A model generated the notes under the pieces. The model had not been told where the DNA came from, did not search any database, and was given only the letters and a program-made list of their open reading frames with translations. A stretch of 64,000 nucleotides of DNA, taken from an uncultured delta proteobacterium. Lineage in GTDB: Bacteria > Myxococcota_A > UBA9160 > UBA4427. The first letter of the stretch is position 1, and each line of letters opens with the position of its first letter. The stretch covers positions 512,001 to 576,000 of the forward strand of contig CAWGJT010000006.1 in assembly GCA_963822965.1 (NCBI GenBank), written 5' to 3'. The translations under genes were made by a program, and so were the position numbers. This document shows positions 10,372-19,732 of this stretch, in pieces.

Positions 10372-11754
10372 CTACTCCGGGCCGTGTCCGGAGTGCGCGG
10401 GCGCCGGAGCCTCCTCAGCGGGCGGACGGGGAACCATCTCCTTCCCCTCCATCGCTTCGGGGCCCTCCATGGGCGTCGGCGCGGGCTCGCCGGAACCCAT
10501 CATCTTTCGCACCGCCGATTGGAGGTTGCTCTCCGAGTTGATCAGGAACTGCGCCGAGGTGACGACGCGGTCTCCGGCTGCGAGGCCCTCGAGCACCTCG
10601 AAGTCGTCGCCGGCCTGCGCGCCCAGACGCACCTCACGGGGTTCGAAGCGGCCCCCTTCGAGCGCGACGAGCGCCACGTCGCGCTGCCCCGTTCGGATCA
10701 CCGCCTGGATCGGCACGGCGACCGCTTCGCGCGCCACCTCGCTGTGGACCACCACGTTGGCCCACATGTCGGGCTTGAGGTCGAGCTCAGGCGTGTTCGG
10801 GAACTCCATGCGGACTTCGATCGTGCGCGTCTTCTTGTCGAGGTAGGGATACACGTATGTGACCTTGCCGCGATGCGTGACGCCCGGCTGGTAGGCGAGC
10901 GTCATCGTCGCCTCCTCGCCGACGCGCAGCCACGGCGCCTCGTATTCGTAGACGTCGGCGTAGACCCAGATCGTGGAGATATCCGCGATCGTGTACACCG
11001 TCTGCCCCGGTTGGAGAAACCCGCCTTCCGGGATCATGCGCTCCACCACGATTCCCCGGGACGGCGCGTGGAGAACCATGGTGCGCGTGATCTCACCGCG
11101 CTCGCGCAGCGCTTCGATCTGCCGGTCGCTGATGTTCCAGTAGCGCAGCCTGGCCTCCGCTGCGCTCACGAGGTCGTTGGCTCCGGTCATGGCGTCGTGC
11201 AATGTGCTGTCGTGGAGCCGGTCCTGGTAGCGCAGCGCCACCAGGTACTCCTCCTGGGTCGAGACGAGCTCGGGGCTGTAGATCTCGAGCAGCGGCTCTC
11301 CGCTCCGCACGACCTGCCCCGGAAAGTTCACGTACTGATCCTCGATCCACCCGCCGATCTTGGGCGCGATGCGGCGGACCTTCGTCTCGTCGTAGCCGAT
11401 GCGTCCCACAGTCCGGATGTCGCGGCTGAGGCGCTTGCGCTGGAGCACGGCCGTGGTGACGCCGATGTTCTGGATCGTGGCCGGATCGATCCGCACCGTT
11501 CCCGGCGGCCCCTCCGGCTCCTCCCCCTCGTAGACGGGCACGAGGTCCATGCCCATGGAGTCCTTCCCGGGGCTCTTGGAGATGAACGTCGGATCCATGG
11601 GGGACTTCCAGTAGAGGATCTTGCGCTCCTGGCCCTGCTTGCCGGCCGGCGGGCCGTCGGCGGTCGCCGAGACGGGGGTACGCGCGTCCTCCGAGCAGGC
11701 CAGCAGGGAGGGCAGCAGCAGAGCGGAGGCGAGGAGCATCGTGACCTTGCTCAT
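10372..11754 (-). CDS. cusB: CusB-type RND periplasmic adaptor (membrane fusion protein)
   Basis: Lipoprotein-like signal (LLAC), YWKSPMDP...PGKDSMGMDLVP metal-binding motif, YSPELVSTQEEYL, SAQFLINSES. Confidence 0.92.
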   Translation of the reverse strand: MSKVTMLLASALLLPSLLACSEDARTPVSATADGPPAGKQGQERKILYWKSPMDPTFISKSPGKDSMGMDLVPVYEGEEPEGPPGTVRIDPATIQNIGVTTAVLQRKRLSRDIRTVGRIGYDETKVRRIAPKIGGWIEDQYVNFPGQVVRSGEPLLEIYSPELVSTQEEYLVALRYQDRLHDSTLHDAMTGANDLVSAAEARLRYWNISDRQIEALRERGEITRTMVLHAPSRGIVVERMIPEGGFLQPGQTVYTIADISTIWVYADVYEYEAPWLRVGEEATMTLAYQPGVTHRGKVTYVYPYLDKKTRTIEVRMEFPNTPELDLKPDMWANVVVHSEVAREAVAVPIQAVIRTGQRDVALVALEGGRFEPREVRLGAQAGDDFEVLEGLAAGDRVVTSAQFLINSESNLQSAVRKMMGSGEPAPTPMEGPEAMEGKEMVPRPPAEEAPAPAHSGHGPE

Positions 11755-13133
11755 GGCACCTGCATCCGGACCGGGGGTGTCAGACCCGAGAGGGGTTGGC
11801 CGACGGCGCGCTCGAGGTCCGCGACCGCCTGCTGGTAGTCGCGCACCGCGCGATCACGCATGAGGCGGACCTGCTCGAGAGACCGGAGGCTGTCGATCAG
11901 CGTGAGGAAGTCGACCTCGCCGGTCTGATAGCCGGCGCGGGCGGCTGCGATGCGCTCGGTGGTCTGGGGGATGAGCGTCGCCCGGTAGATCTCCTCATTG
12001 CGAGCCGCGACGCGGACGCGTTCGTACTGCCTCTGCACCTGGTCCAGGACCTGGTTGGTGAGATCGCGCCGACGTGACTTCTCGCGTCGAACGCGGAACT
12101 CCGCCTCGTCCACCTCGGCGCCGATCCGGTTCAGCCATAGCGGGACCGAAAAGCCGAGCTTGACCGTCCAGATGTCGTCGCCGTCGTGCTTGAAGCCCGG
12201 GTTCGTGCCGCCCCCCACCTCGATCCACTGGCCGGCAAGCCGCAGGTCGGGCAGGTAGCCCATCCGCGCCAGCCGGCGCGAGTGCTGGCTCGCTTGCACG
12301 ACCTGGTCCTGGGAGCGCAGCTCCGGCCGCTCCCGCTCCGCCACCTCGACGAGACGCTCGAGCGGGATCGCGAGCGGCTGTGTGTCCAGGTCCGCGGGAG
12401 GTCCGAGCGGAGCCCGCGGCGGGCGGTCGAGCAGCGCATTCAGCGCTCCGATCGCCGTCTCGGAGTCCCCCTCGAACACCACCCGCTCCGCCGCGAGGCG
12501 GCTCAGCTGCTCCTCCGCGAGGATCACGTCCTGCTGGGCCGCGGTCCCCACCCGGTACTTCGCCTGCGCGACGTCGGCAAACTGGCGGGTCAGCGCGATG
12601 GTCTCGTCGTTGATGGCCAGCGCTCGCCCTGCGAGGTAGTAGTCCGCATAGCGCGCCCTCACCTGGCGCGAGATCTCCTGGATCGTCGCCTCGAGGATCT
12701 CGCAGATGGCGTCCGCTCGCGCCTCCTCGACCCGGCCACGCAGGGTGAGCTTCCCCGGGAAGGGGATGGCCTGGGACACCTCGACGCCCTGCTTCTGCGG
12801 CCCTGCACGGGTCTCGGCCATGGCCCCCGTGTCTGGCATGTAGGCGACCGTGGGGTTCTCGTACCAGCTCTGCGACGTGATCCTTTCCTGGGAGGCCTGC
12901 CATTCGAAGCGTGCGGCACGAATCCCCGGGTTGTGCAGGGTCGCATACTCCTCCAGCGCCTCGAGCGAGGTCCGCGAGAGAAGATCCGCTTCCGTCTCCG
13001 CCGCCGGCTGACCCGCAGCCGGTTCGCCGCCGCACGGTGGCTCCGCGGCACCGGTCCGGGCGCCCCCCGCGATCAGGGCACACACCAGCACCCAGAGGCA
13101 GCTCGCGACGTGGTGGCTCGCCCCCCCCGCCAT
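11751..13133 (-). CDS. TolC-family outer-membrane efflux protein (CusC role)
   Basis: Signal peptide, IPFPGKLTLRG, two OEP helical repeats, YQTGEVDFLTLID; ATGA overlap with cusB. Confidence 0.88.
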   Translation of the reverse strand: MAGGASHHVASCLWVLVCALIAGGARTGAAEPPCGGEPAAGQPAAETEADLLSRTSLEALEEYATLHNPGIRAARFEWQASQERITSQSWYENPTVAYMPDTGAMAETRAGPQKQGVEVSQAIPFPGKLTLRGRVEEARADAICEILEATIQEISRQVRARYADYYLAGRALAINDETIALTRQFADVAQAKYRVGTAAQQDVILAEEQLSRLAAERVVFEGDSETAIGALNALLDRPPRAPLGPPADLDTQPLAIPLERLVEVAERERPELRSQDQVVQASQHSRRLARMGYLPDLRLAGQWIEVGGGTNPGFKHDGDDIWTVKLGFSVPLWLNRIGAEVDEAEFRVRREKSRRRDLTNQVLDQVQRQYERVRVAARNEEIYRATLIPQTTERIAAARAGYQTGEVDFLTLIDSLRSLEQVRLMRDRAVRDYQQAVADLERAVGQPLSGLTPPVRMQVP

Positions 13134-13176
13134 TCCGGAAAATCCCCCGCGCTCGGCTTCGAATCCGCACAGCCTA

Positions 13177-13203
13177 CTACGGGACAGCCGCTCGAAACGT
13201 GAC
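13177..13203 (-). promoter_or_regulatory. Putative ECF promoter for tolC-cusBA-pgmB-GH65, GTCAC-N17-CGTAG
   Basis: Minus strand GTCAC GTTTCGAGCGGCTGTCC CGTAG, ending 43 nt before the tolC start. Confidence 0.7.
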
Positions 13204-13318
13204 TCGTTCCTCGCTCCGCTTCACCCCATGCGTCGGACGGGCCGAGGCGGAACGCCACAGCCAGGCCGCAGCCGGACTACGAACCGCCCCTCAACGCGAA
13301 ACCCGGAGTGCGCCGGAT

Positions 13319-13345
13319 GTCACGGGCGGTGGGCTCGGCCCGTAG
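13319..13345 (+). promoter_or_regulatory. Putative ECF promoter for the ABC-YHS operon, GTCAC-N17-CGTAG
   Basis: Plus strand GTCAC GGGCGGTGGGCTCGGCC CGTAG; overlaps a TAGAAT sigma70-like -10. Confidence 0.65.
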
Positions 13346-13518
13346 AATGTGCATGAGAGGAGCTCGCCGCCCAGTATGAGGATCTGGCCAAGGGAGAGGA
13401 CGCGGCGGCGGCGACCCGGTAGCAGACCGTCGAGCTCTCGCACGGGCGATGACGTCTTGGATCCCCTCAGCCCCAACCCGACCCGCGGGCCGGGGGGCCG
13501 ACGCCGAGGAGGAGATCG

Positions 13519-14694
13519 ATGACGCGTGAGGCGCCCCGGCGCCGGCCGCCCGTGACCCAGCTGCGCCTCGTCCGCGCCTGGCTCACCCGAGCGCCCGCGC
13601 GGACGTTCTTCGTCTCGCTGGCGGTGGGCGGCTCCCTCTGCGTCGTACTCTTGTTGGAGGGGTTCCAAAGCGGCCTCTACGCGCAGATGGAGCAGGTGGT
13701 CCTGCGCCGCGGTGCGGATCTCATCGTCACCCAGGCGGGCGTCGGAAATTTCCTGGCCAGCCGATCGAAGCTTCCGCAGACGAGCCGCAAGCAGGTCGAG
13801 AGCGTGGCGGGCGTGACGGCGGCATATCCCCTCACGTTGGTGCCGATCATCTTCGATCAGGACGGTCGCCGCAGCCCGATCATGCTGGTCGTCCATCAGG
13901 CGCTCGGCGGTGCGGACCGGATCGTGCGGGGTACGGGCAACCTGCGCCCCCGCGACATCGTGATCGACGAGTCCCTCGCCTCGCGCTACGGCCTCGAGCT
14001 CGGCGATCCGTTCGTCGTGGCCGACTTCGAGTTCCGCGTGGCGGGCATCACCCGGGGCGCCGCGGCGATGTTCACCTCCATGGCCTTCGCGACCTACGAC
14101 GACCTGCTCGACTTCTACTTCAGCTCCGGCGTGATGGGCGACGTGGCGAGCCTGCCGCTGGTGAGCTTCCTGCTCGTGCGTCTCGACGAGGGAGCCGACC
14201 GCAGCGCGGTGGCCGCCGCGATCGAAGCGTCGGTTCCCTCGGCCGACGTCTTCCTGCCCGAGGCCCTCGCCGCGAACGACGTGGAGATGGGCCGCAGCCT
14301 CTTCGGACCGGTGATGCGCGTCGTCACCGCCGTCGCGTACGCGGTCTGCCTGCTCGTCATCGGACTCGTTCTCTACGTGGGGGCCAGCGCCCGCCGCGGC
14401 AGCCTCGGCGTGCTCGAGGCCCTCGGCTTCCGGAGCGCTCGACTCGCCGTCTCGATGGCCGCCGAGGGCGTGGGCCTCTTCCTTCTCTCGCTCCCGCTCG
14501 CGCTGGGACTCGCCCTCGCGATCGGGCACGAGATCGAGGTCTGGGCGCCGCTCTACGTCGTCGACGTCCTGGTGCCCGGCCCCCTGCTGCACGCGTTCCT
14601 CGGCGGCCTCGCGCTCACGCTCGTTGCGTCCCTCGCACCGGTGCAGGTCCTGCGCCGTCTCGAGCCGGCGGACGCCTTCCGGAGCCTCCGATGA
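13519..14694 (+). CDS. ABC transporter permease, MacB/FtsX family
   Basis: One N-terminal TM, large periplasmic domain (GADLIVTQ), three C-terminal TMs, GVLEALG and RRLEPADAFR motifs; GAGGAGGAG SD. Confidence 0.85.
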   Translation: MTREAPRRRPPVTQLRLVRAWLTRAPARTFFVSLAVGGSLCVVLLLEGFQSGLYAQMEQVVLRRGADLIVTQAGVGNFLASRSKLPQTSRKQVESVAGVTAAYPLTLVPIIFDQDGRRSPIMLVVHQALGGADRIVRGTGNLRPRDIVIDESLASRYGLELGDPFVVADFEFRVAGITRGAAAMFTSMAFATYDDLLDFYFSSGVMGDVASLPLVSFLLVRLDEGADRSAVAAAIEASVPSADVFLPEALAANDVEMGRSLFGPVMRVVTAVAYAVCLLVIGLVLYVGASARRGSLGVLEALGFRSARLAVSMAAEGVGLFLLSLPLALGLALAIGHEIEVWAPLYVVDVLVPGPLLHAFLGGLALTLVASLAPVQVLRRLEPADAFRSLR

Positions 14695-15794
14695 TCCGCT
14701 GGACCCTCCGCTCGCTCGCTCTCGAGCCCATGCGGCTCTTCGGATCGGCTCTCGGCGTAGCGGTCGCCTTCACGCTCGTCGTCTTCTTCGAGGGCGTCTT
14801 CGAGGGAGAGTCCCAGAAGATCGTCGCCTACCCGCTCCACGCGGCGGCCGATGTGTGGGTCATGCAGGACGGCGTCTCGAACATGCACATGGCGACCAGC
14901 ATGATCTGGGACTGGAAGCTGGCCGAGGTCGAGGCGGTGGACGGGGTCGCGAGCGCGACGCCGATCCTCTACGCGAACGCCGTCGTCCAGGCGGGGAGCC
15001 GCCCCTGGTTCTCGTACGTGGTGGGACTCGCGCCCGATCGAAGCGGCGCCGGGCCCTGGGAGGTCTCGGCCGGCAAGGCCACGCCCGGCCCAGGCGAGGC
15101 GCTCGTGCCACGCGTCCTTGCCGAGCTCTCCGGCCTGGACGTCGGCGATACCGTGACCGTCCTGAACCGGGAGCTCACGGTGGCGGGGCTGACCGAGGGG
15201 ACCTTCTCCATGGCCAACTCCGTCACCTTCGTTTCGCTGCAGGATCTCGAGGGCATGATGGACGTCACCTCCGCCTACAGCTATCTGCTGGTGCGTGCCG
15301 AGCCGGGTGCGACGCACCTCGTCGAGCGAATCCTCGGCGAGGTGGGCGACGTCAACGCCGTATCACGCGAGGAGTTCGTCCAGAACGACCGACGCATGGC
15401 CGTCCAGATGGGGGTCGAGGTGATCTGGATCATGAGCCTCGTGTCCGGGTTCGTCGCCGCGCTCGTGGTCGCGTTCTCGGGCTATGCCCAGGTCATGTCC
15501 ATGCAGCGCGAGTTCGCGATCACCAAGTCCCTGGGCTTCCCGAATCGCAGCATTCTCGGGGCGGCACTCGTCCAGGCGGCCAGCGTCTCGCTCCTCGGGT
15601 TCGCGGGCTCCGTGGCGCTTGGGTTCGGGCTCCTCCCCCGCCTGCCGGCGTTGGCGCCCCAGATCGCGCTCGTCGTGCTGCCGGACCACTACGTTCCGAT
15701 CGCCATCGGGGCGATCGTGGTGACGCTCGCGGCGGCCCTGCTGCCTGCCTGGACCATCGCCCGCGTGGACCCGATGACGGTCTTCCACGCCTGA
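14691..15794 (+). CDS. ABC transporter permease, MacB/FtsX family (second subunit)
   Basis: ADVWVMQ, REFAITKSLG, ARVDPMTVF; ATGA overlap with the previous gene. Confidence 0.88.
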   Translation: MIRWTLRSLALEPMRLFGSALGVAVAFTLVVFFEGVFEGESQKIVAYPLHAAADVWVMQDGVSNMHMATSMIWDWKLAEVEAVDGVASATPILYANAVVQAGSRPWFSYVVGLAPDRSGAGPWEVSAGKATPGPGEALVPRVLAELSGLDVGDTVTVLNRELTVAGLTEGTFSMANSVTFVSLQDLEGMMDVTSAYSYLLVRAEPGATHLVERILGEVGDVNAVSREEFVQNDRRMAVQMGVEVIWIMSLVSGFVAALVVAFSGYAQVMSMQREFAITKSLGFPNRSILGAALVQAASVSLLGFAGSVALGFGLLPRLPALAPQIALVVLPDHYVPIAIGAIVVTLAAALLPAWTIARVDPMTVFHA

Positions 15795-15803
15795 CGGAAG
15801 GAC

Positions 15804-16679
15804 ATGACCGAGAAGCCCATCCTGCACGCAGAGCATCTGACCCGCCGATTCGGTCACGGCGCCGGCGAGGTCGTCGCCGTGAACGACGTGGAGCTGGCGT
15901 TGCGGCGCGGCGAGCTCGCCCTCGTCATGGGGCCCTCGGGGTCGGGGAAGACGACGCTCCTCTCGATGCTGGGCGTCCTGCTGCGACCGACCGCCGGGAC
16001 GATCACGATCGACGGCGTGGAAGCCACGGGGCTCTCGGAGGCCCAGCTGCCCGCGCTCCGCGCGCACAAGCTCGGCTTCATCTTCCAGGCCTTCAATCTC
16101 CTCGACGCTCTCGACGTCGAGGAGAACATCCTGTTCCCGGCGCTGCTCGCGCCGGGCGGCACCCGGGCCGCCCGACCGCGCGCCGACGCCCTGATGGAGC
16201 GCCTGGGACTCGCGCGCCGCAAGTCCGCTCGTCCCGCCACGCTCTCGGGCGGTGAGAAGCAACGCGTGGCGATCGCGCGGGCCCTCATCAACGAGCCGCC
16301 CATCCTCCTGGCGGACGAGCCGACGGGGAACCTCGACTCGCAGACGGGTCAGGAGGTGATGATGATCCTGCACGACGTCGCCCGCGACGACGCCGCGGCG
16401 GTACTCATCGTGACGCACGACCCCCGGGTCGAGGACATCGCCGACCGGGTGCTCTGGCTCGAGGACGGGGCCCTGCGCGACCGCAAGGCCGAGGCACACG
16501 ACTGGATGCGCGACCCGGTCTGCGGCATGCGCGTGGACGCCTGGACGGCGACGCGAGAGACGCTGCACGAGGGTATGCGCTACGTGTTCTGCTCCCAACG
16601 CTGCCTCGAGCGCTTCGTCGAGGCCCCCGACTCCTACCTGCCCCGGGAGCCTGACCCAAGACACCAGGTGCCGCCCTGA
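15804..16679 (+). CDS. ABC transporter ATP-binding protein (LolD/MacB type) with C-terminal YHS domain
   Basis: [38 protein letters not shown]-terminal [10 protein letters not shown]...[12 protein letters not shown]. Confidence 0.92.
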   Translation: MTEKPILHAEHLTRRFGHGAGEVVAVNDVELALRRGELALVMGPSGSGKTTLLSMLGVLLRPTAGTITIDGVEATGLSEAQLPALRAHKLGFIFQAFNLLDALDVEENILFPALLAPGGTRAARPRADALMERLGLARRKSARPATLSGGEKQRVAIARALINEPPILLADEPTGNLDSQTGQEVMMILHDVARDDAAAVLIVTHDPRVEDIADRVLWLEDGALRDRKAEAHDWMRDPVCGMRVDAWTATRETLHEGMRYVFCSQRCLERFVEAPDSYLPREPDPRHQVPP

Positions 16680-16799
16680 CGCCACGCGGGTCGGTGGGGG
16701 CTCGACCGACGTGCGCGACCGGACCTCGCATGCCCCCGCATCGACGGACGGCGGTCACCGGGAATCCCCGCCGTTCGCGTTGCGGTAGGATGCACGGGA

Positions 16800-17756
16800 A
16801 TGCACAACGCGGAGAGTCCGGCCATGCACCAGCGCGAGCTCGAGCCCTGGCAGCATCACCACGCGTTCGGGACCGACGTGCGACAGGAGGGCGAGCGTCG
16901 CACCTGGTGGGTGGTCGCGATCACGCTGACGATGATGACGGTCGAGATCGTGGCCGGAGTCGCCTACGGCTCGATGGCGCTCCTCGCGGACGGCTGGCAC
17001 ATGGGGACCCACGCAGCCGCCATCGGTGTGGCCGCCTTCGCCTACCGGTATGCGCGTCGCCACGCCGACGATCCGCAGTACAGCTTCGGTACCGGAAAGG
17101 TCGGGGCCCTCGCGGGCTTCGCCAGCGCCACCGGCCTGGCGGTCGTCGCGTTGCTGATCTTCGGCGAGAGCGCCGAGCGTCTGACGGCCCCGGTGACGAT
17201 CCGGTTCGACGAGGCGATCGCGGTCGCGTGCCTGGGCCTCGCGGTCAACGTCGCCTGCGCCCTGCTCCTGCGCGAGAGCCACGGCCACGCCGCCCCCGGC
17301 GAGCACCACCATCACGACCACAACCTGCGGGGCGCGTACCTCCACGTCCTCGCCGACGCCCTCACCTCGGTGCTGGCGATCGCCGCGCTCGGCACCGGCA
17401 AGCTCCTGGGGTGGACCTGGATGGACCCGATCATGGGCCTCGTCGGCTCGATGGTGATCGCACGCTGGTCGTACGGCCTGCTGCGAGACACGAGCCGCGT
17501 GCTGCTGGACGCCGAGCTTCCCGAAGCCAGGCGCGTGGCGATCCGGGAGGCGATCGAGTCCGACGCGGATACGCGCGTCGCCGATCTCCATGTCTGGCGC
17601 GTCGGACCGCGGCATCTCGCGGCGATCCTCTCGGTCGTCGCGCACGCCCCGCGCGAGCCCGACCACTACAAGCGCCTGCTGGCACGGCAACCCGATCTCG
17701 TCCACGTGACCGTCGAGGTCCACCGCTGCCCGGACGAGGCCATCGTCGCGGCTTGA
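16800..17756 (+). CDS. dmeF: CDF-family Co(II)/Ni(II) efflux transporter
   Basis: SMALLADGWHMGTHA, FGTGKV, His-rich loop HGH...HHHHDHNLRGAYLHVLADALTS, DLHVWRVGP. Confidence 0.9.
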   Translation: MHNAESPAMHQRELEPWQHHHAFGTDVRQEGERRTWWVVAITLTMMTVEIVAGVAYGSMALLADGWHMGTHAAAIGVAAFAYRYARRHADDPQYSFGTGKVGALAGFASATGLAVVALLIFGESAERLTAPVTIRFDEAIAVACLGLAVNVACALLLRESHGHAAPGEHHHHDHNLRGAYLHVLADALTSVLAIAALGTGKLLGWTWMDPIMGLVGSMVIARWSYGLLRDTSRVLLDAELPEARRVAIREAIESDADTRVADLHVWRVGPRHLAAILSVVAHAPREPDHYKRLLARQPDLVHVTVEVHRCPDEAIVAA

Positions 17757-17765
17757 CCTTGCGGG

Positions 17766-18107
17766 TCAGGTCGGGGTGTCCGAGCCCCGGTCGCCCGTGT
17801 GCTGACCGAACAGGCCTTCGTACTTCGTCACCGTGATGTCGCCCAGCACGCTGCACTGGCACGCCAGGCGCAGCCCGTTCTCCGGGCTGTGGGGCGGCAG
17901 GCGCAGGCGCCGCACCTCCGCGGCCGTGGGCGGCGAGACGGGCCCCTCGATCCGCACCGCGCAGGTGCCGCAGCTGCCGCGTCCGCGGCAGTGGAGCGCC
18001 CGCGCCACGGTCGTGTAGAGCGGCAGCCGCGCCCGCAGCAGCACCATGCGCAGATTGGCGCCGGCGGGACAGGGAATCTCGCGGTCGCAGAAACGGACGG
18101 TGGGCAT
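17766..18107 (-). CDS. [2Fe-2S] ferredoxin-like protein
   Basis: C-x4-C-x2-C (CRGRGSCGTC) and RLACQC. Confidence 0.85.
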   Translation of the reverse strand: MPTVRFCDREIPCPAGANLRMVLLRARLPLYTTVARALHCRGRGSCGTCAVRIEGPVSPPTAAEVRRLRLPPHSPENGLRLACQCSVLGDITVTKYEGLFGQHTGDRGSDTPT

Positions 18108-18138
18108 GGCGCCGGAAGATAGCGCCGGCCGGCCGGTC

Positions 18139-19425
18139 TCAGGAGCGCCGCCGGCGCGCCCGGGGCTCGACGAGCCCGAACGTCAGCACGCCGCCCGCGA
18201 GCATCAGCGCCGCCTGCAGCAGCAGTCCCAGCTCGAAGCTGGTGACGTCGATCAGCAGGCCGAAGAACGGCGAGGCCAGGAAGGAGGCCGCGGTGCAGAG
18301 CTGCGAGAGGCTCAGGTAGCGGGCCGTCTCGTCCGGCGGGCTGATCTCGAGCAGGTAGTTGGTGATGACCCGGAAGCCGATGGGGATCAGCCCGATTCCG
18401 ACGAAGACCAGGGGAAAGAGGCGCCTTGCGTGCTCTGCGTCCAGTCCCGTGAGCCCCACCACGAAGACGGGGATCGCGGCGCCCGCGAAGATCAGCAGGC
18501 GCAGCGCCAGCCGATTGCCGAAGCGATCGGCGAGCGGGCCCACCCACAGGCTCGCGAACCCCATCGAGACGTTCTGCACCACCACCCAGACCATCATGTG
18601 TCCGCCCGCCAAGCCGAGCCGTTCGCGCGCCAGGGCCTGGTAGTGCGGAAATATCATGATCGACGAGCTGAAGAGCGCCGCCACCACCACGGCGCGGCGG
18701 TAGTTGCGGTCGTCGCGCAGGATCTCCCAGGCGCCCTGCGCCTGCTGCCGGAAGCCCCGGCGCACGGGGACGTGATCGTCCCGCTCTTCGCGGAGGGCCA
18801 CCGCGACCGCCGCCGCCAGCGCGAAGCACACCCCGGTGAAGAGGAAGATGCGATCGTAGGCGGGCTGCGCACCGGCGAGCCAGCCCGGCAGCAGCCACCA
18901 CGCGAACGTCACCGCGGGCACCATGCTTCCGAACACCGCGACCGAGATCAGGCGGCCCCGACGCTCCGCCCGGATCAGCTTGCCCTGCAGCGTGCCGAGA
19001 GCCACCTGGTAGAGGCCCGAGAAGCCGAAGAAGACGAGGTAGAGCGCCAGGAATGCGACGGGCAGCCAGGGCCCCGCGGTGCTCCAACGAAAGAGCCAGC
19101 CCGCCAGCAGCAGGAACGGGACCGCCATGGCGAGGCTTCCCAGGGCGAGCGCGCGCTTCTTGCGTGGCATGGCCTGGAGCGGCGCCGACAACAGGAACGC
19201 GGGAACGCTTTGGCCGATGCGGCTCAGCACCGGGAGCATGCCGCGCATCCAGCCCGGTCCGGCGATGCTGTCCAGGAAGGCGGGGATGATCACGCTCTCG
19301 GTCTTGAAGATCCAGCCGATGCGCACCACCACCTGCTGCCCGGCCAGGAGCAGGAAGTTGCGGGTCTCGGCCGCATCGGCGCCGGCTCGAGACGGCGGTC
19401 CCGCGGGCTCGGGCTCGGCAGACAT
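18139..19425 (-). CDS. MFS transporter
   Basis: About 12 TM segments, GPLADRFGNR loop motif. Confidence 0.8.
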   Translation of the reverse strand: MSAEPEPAGPPSRAGADAAETRNFLLLAGQQVVVRIGWIFKTESVIIPAFLDSIAGPGWMRGMLPVLSRIGQSVPAFLLSAPLQAMPRKKRALALGSLAMAVPFLLLAGWLFRWSTAGPWLPVAFLALYLVFFGFSGLYQVALGTLQGKLIRAERRGRLISVAVFGSMVPAVTFAWWLLPGWLAGAQPAYDRIFLFTGVCFALAAAVAVALREERDDHVPVRRGFRQQAQGAWEILRDDRNYRRAVVVAALFSSSIMIFPHYQALARERLGLAGGHMMVWVVVQNVSMGFASLWVGPLADRFGNRLALRLLIFAGAAIPVFVVGLTGLDAEHARRLFPLVFVGIGLIPIGFRVITNYLLEISPPDETARYLSLSQLCTAASFLASPFFGLLIDVTSFELGLLLQAALMLAGGVLTFGLVEPRARRRRS

Positions 19426-19435
19426 GGCGCGAGCT

Positions 19436-19598
19436 TAGAGCCCATCTCATAAACCCGCTCGGTCGCCAGGCGGCGTCTTCGCCCCGATCTCATCGTTGCG
19501 AAACCTCGCCGTAGCGATACTACGCCTTCGCTTTCGCGCCTCGATCTCGGGCCGAACTCGCTCGCCTGGCTCGGTCGGGGTTTGTGAGATGGGCTCTA
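19436..19598. repeat. 163-bp imperfect palindrome, MITE/REP-like element
   Basis: Terminal inverted repeats TAGAGCCCATCTCA(T/C)AAACCC, internal paired segments, central CGTAG-CGATA-CTACG; TA at both ends. Confidence 0.85.
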
Positions 19599-19732
19599 GG
19601 CGCTCCGCCCGGTTTCCGACATCGGCGGACGCAGGGCGCACCTCCGTCTCGTCTTCGGCTGGAAGATTCGCGCCGCCACGGAACGGACACCGCGCTCCTC
19701 AACCCGCGCGAGAGCCTGCCGATCAGAGGATC

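Noticed and set aside
16754..16782. GTCAC upstream of dmeF as a fourth ECF promoter
   Set aside because: No CGTA at 17-nt spacing (CGCGT there); a TAGGAT sigma70-like -10 is closer to the start
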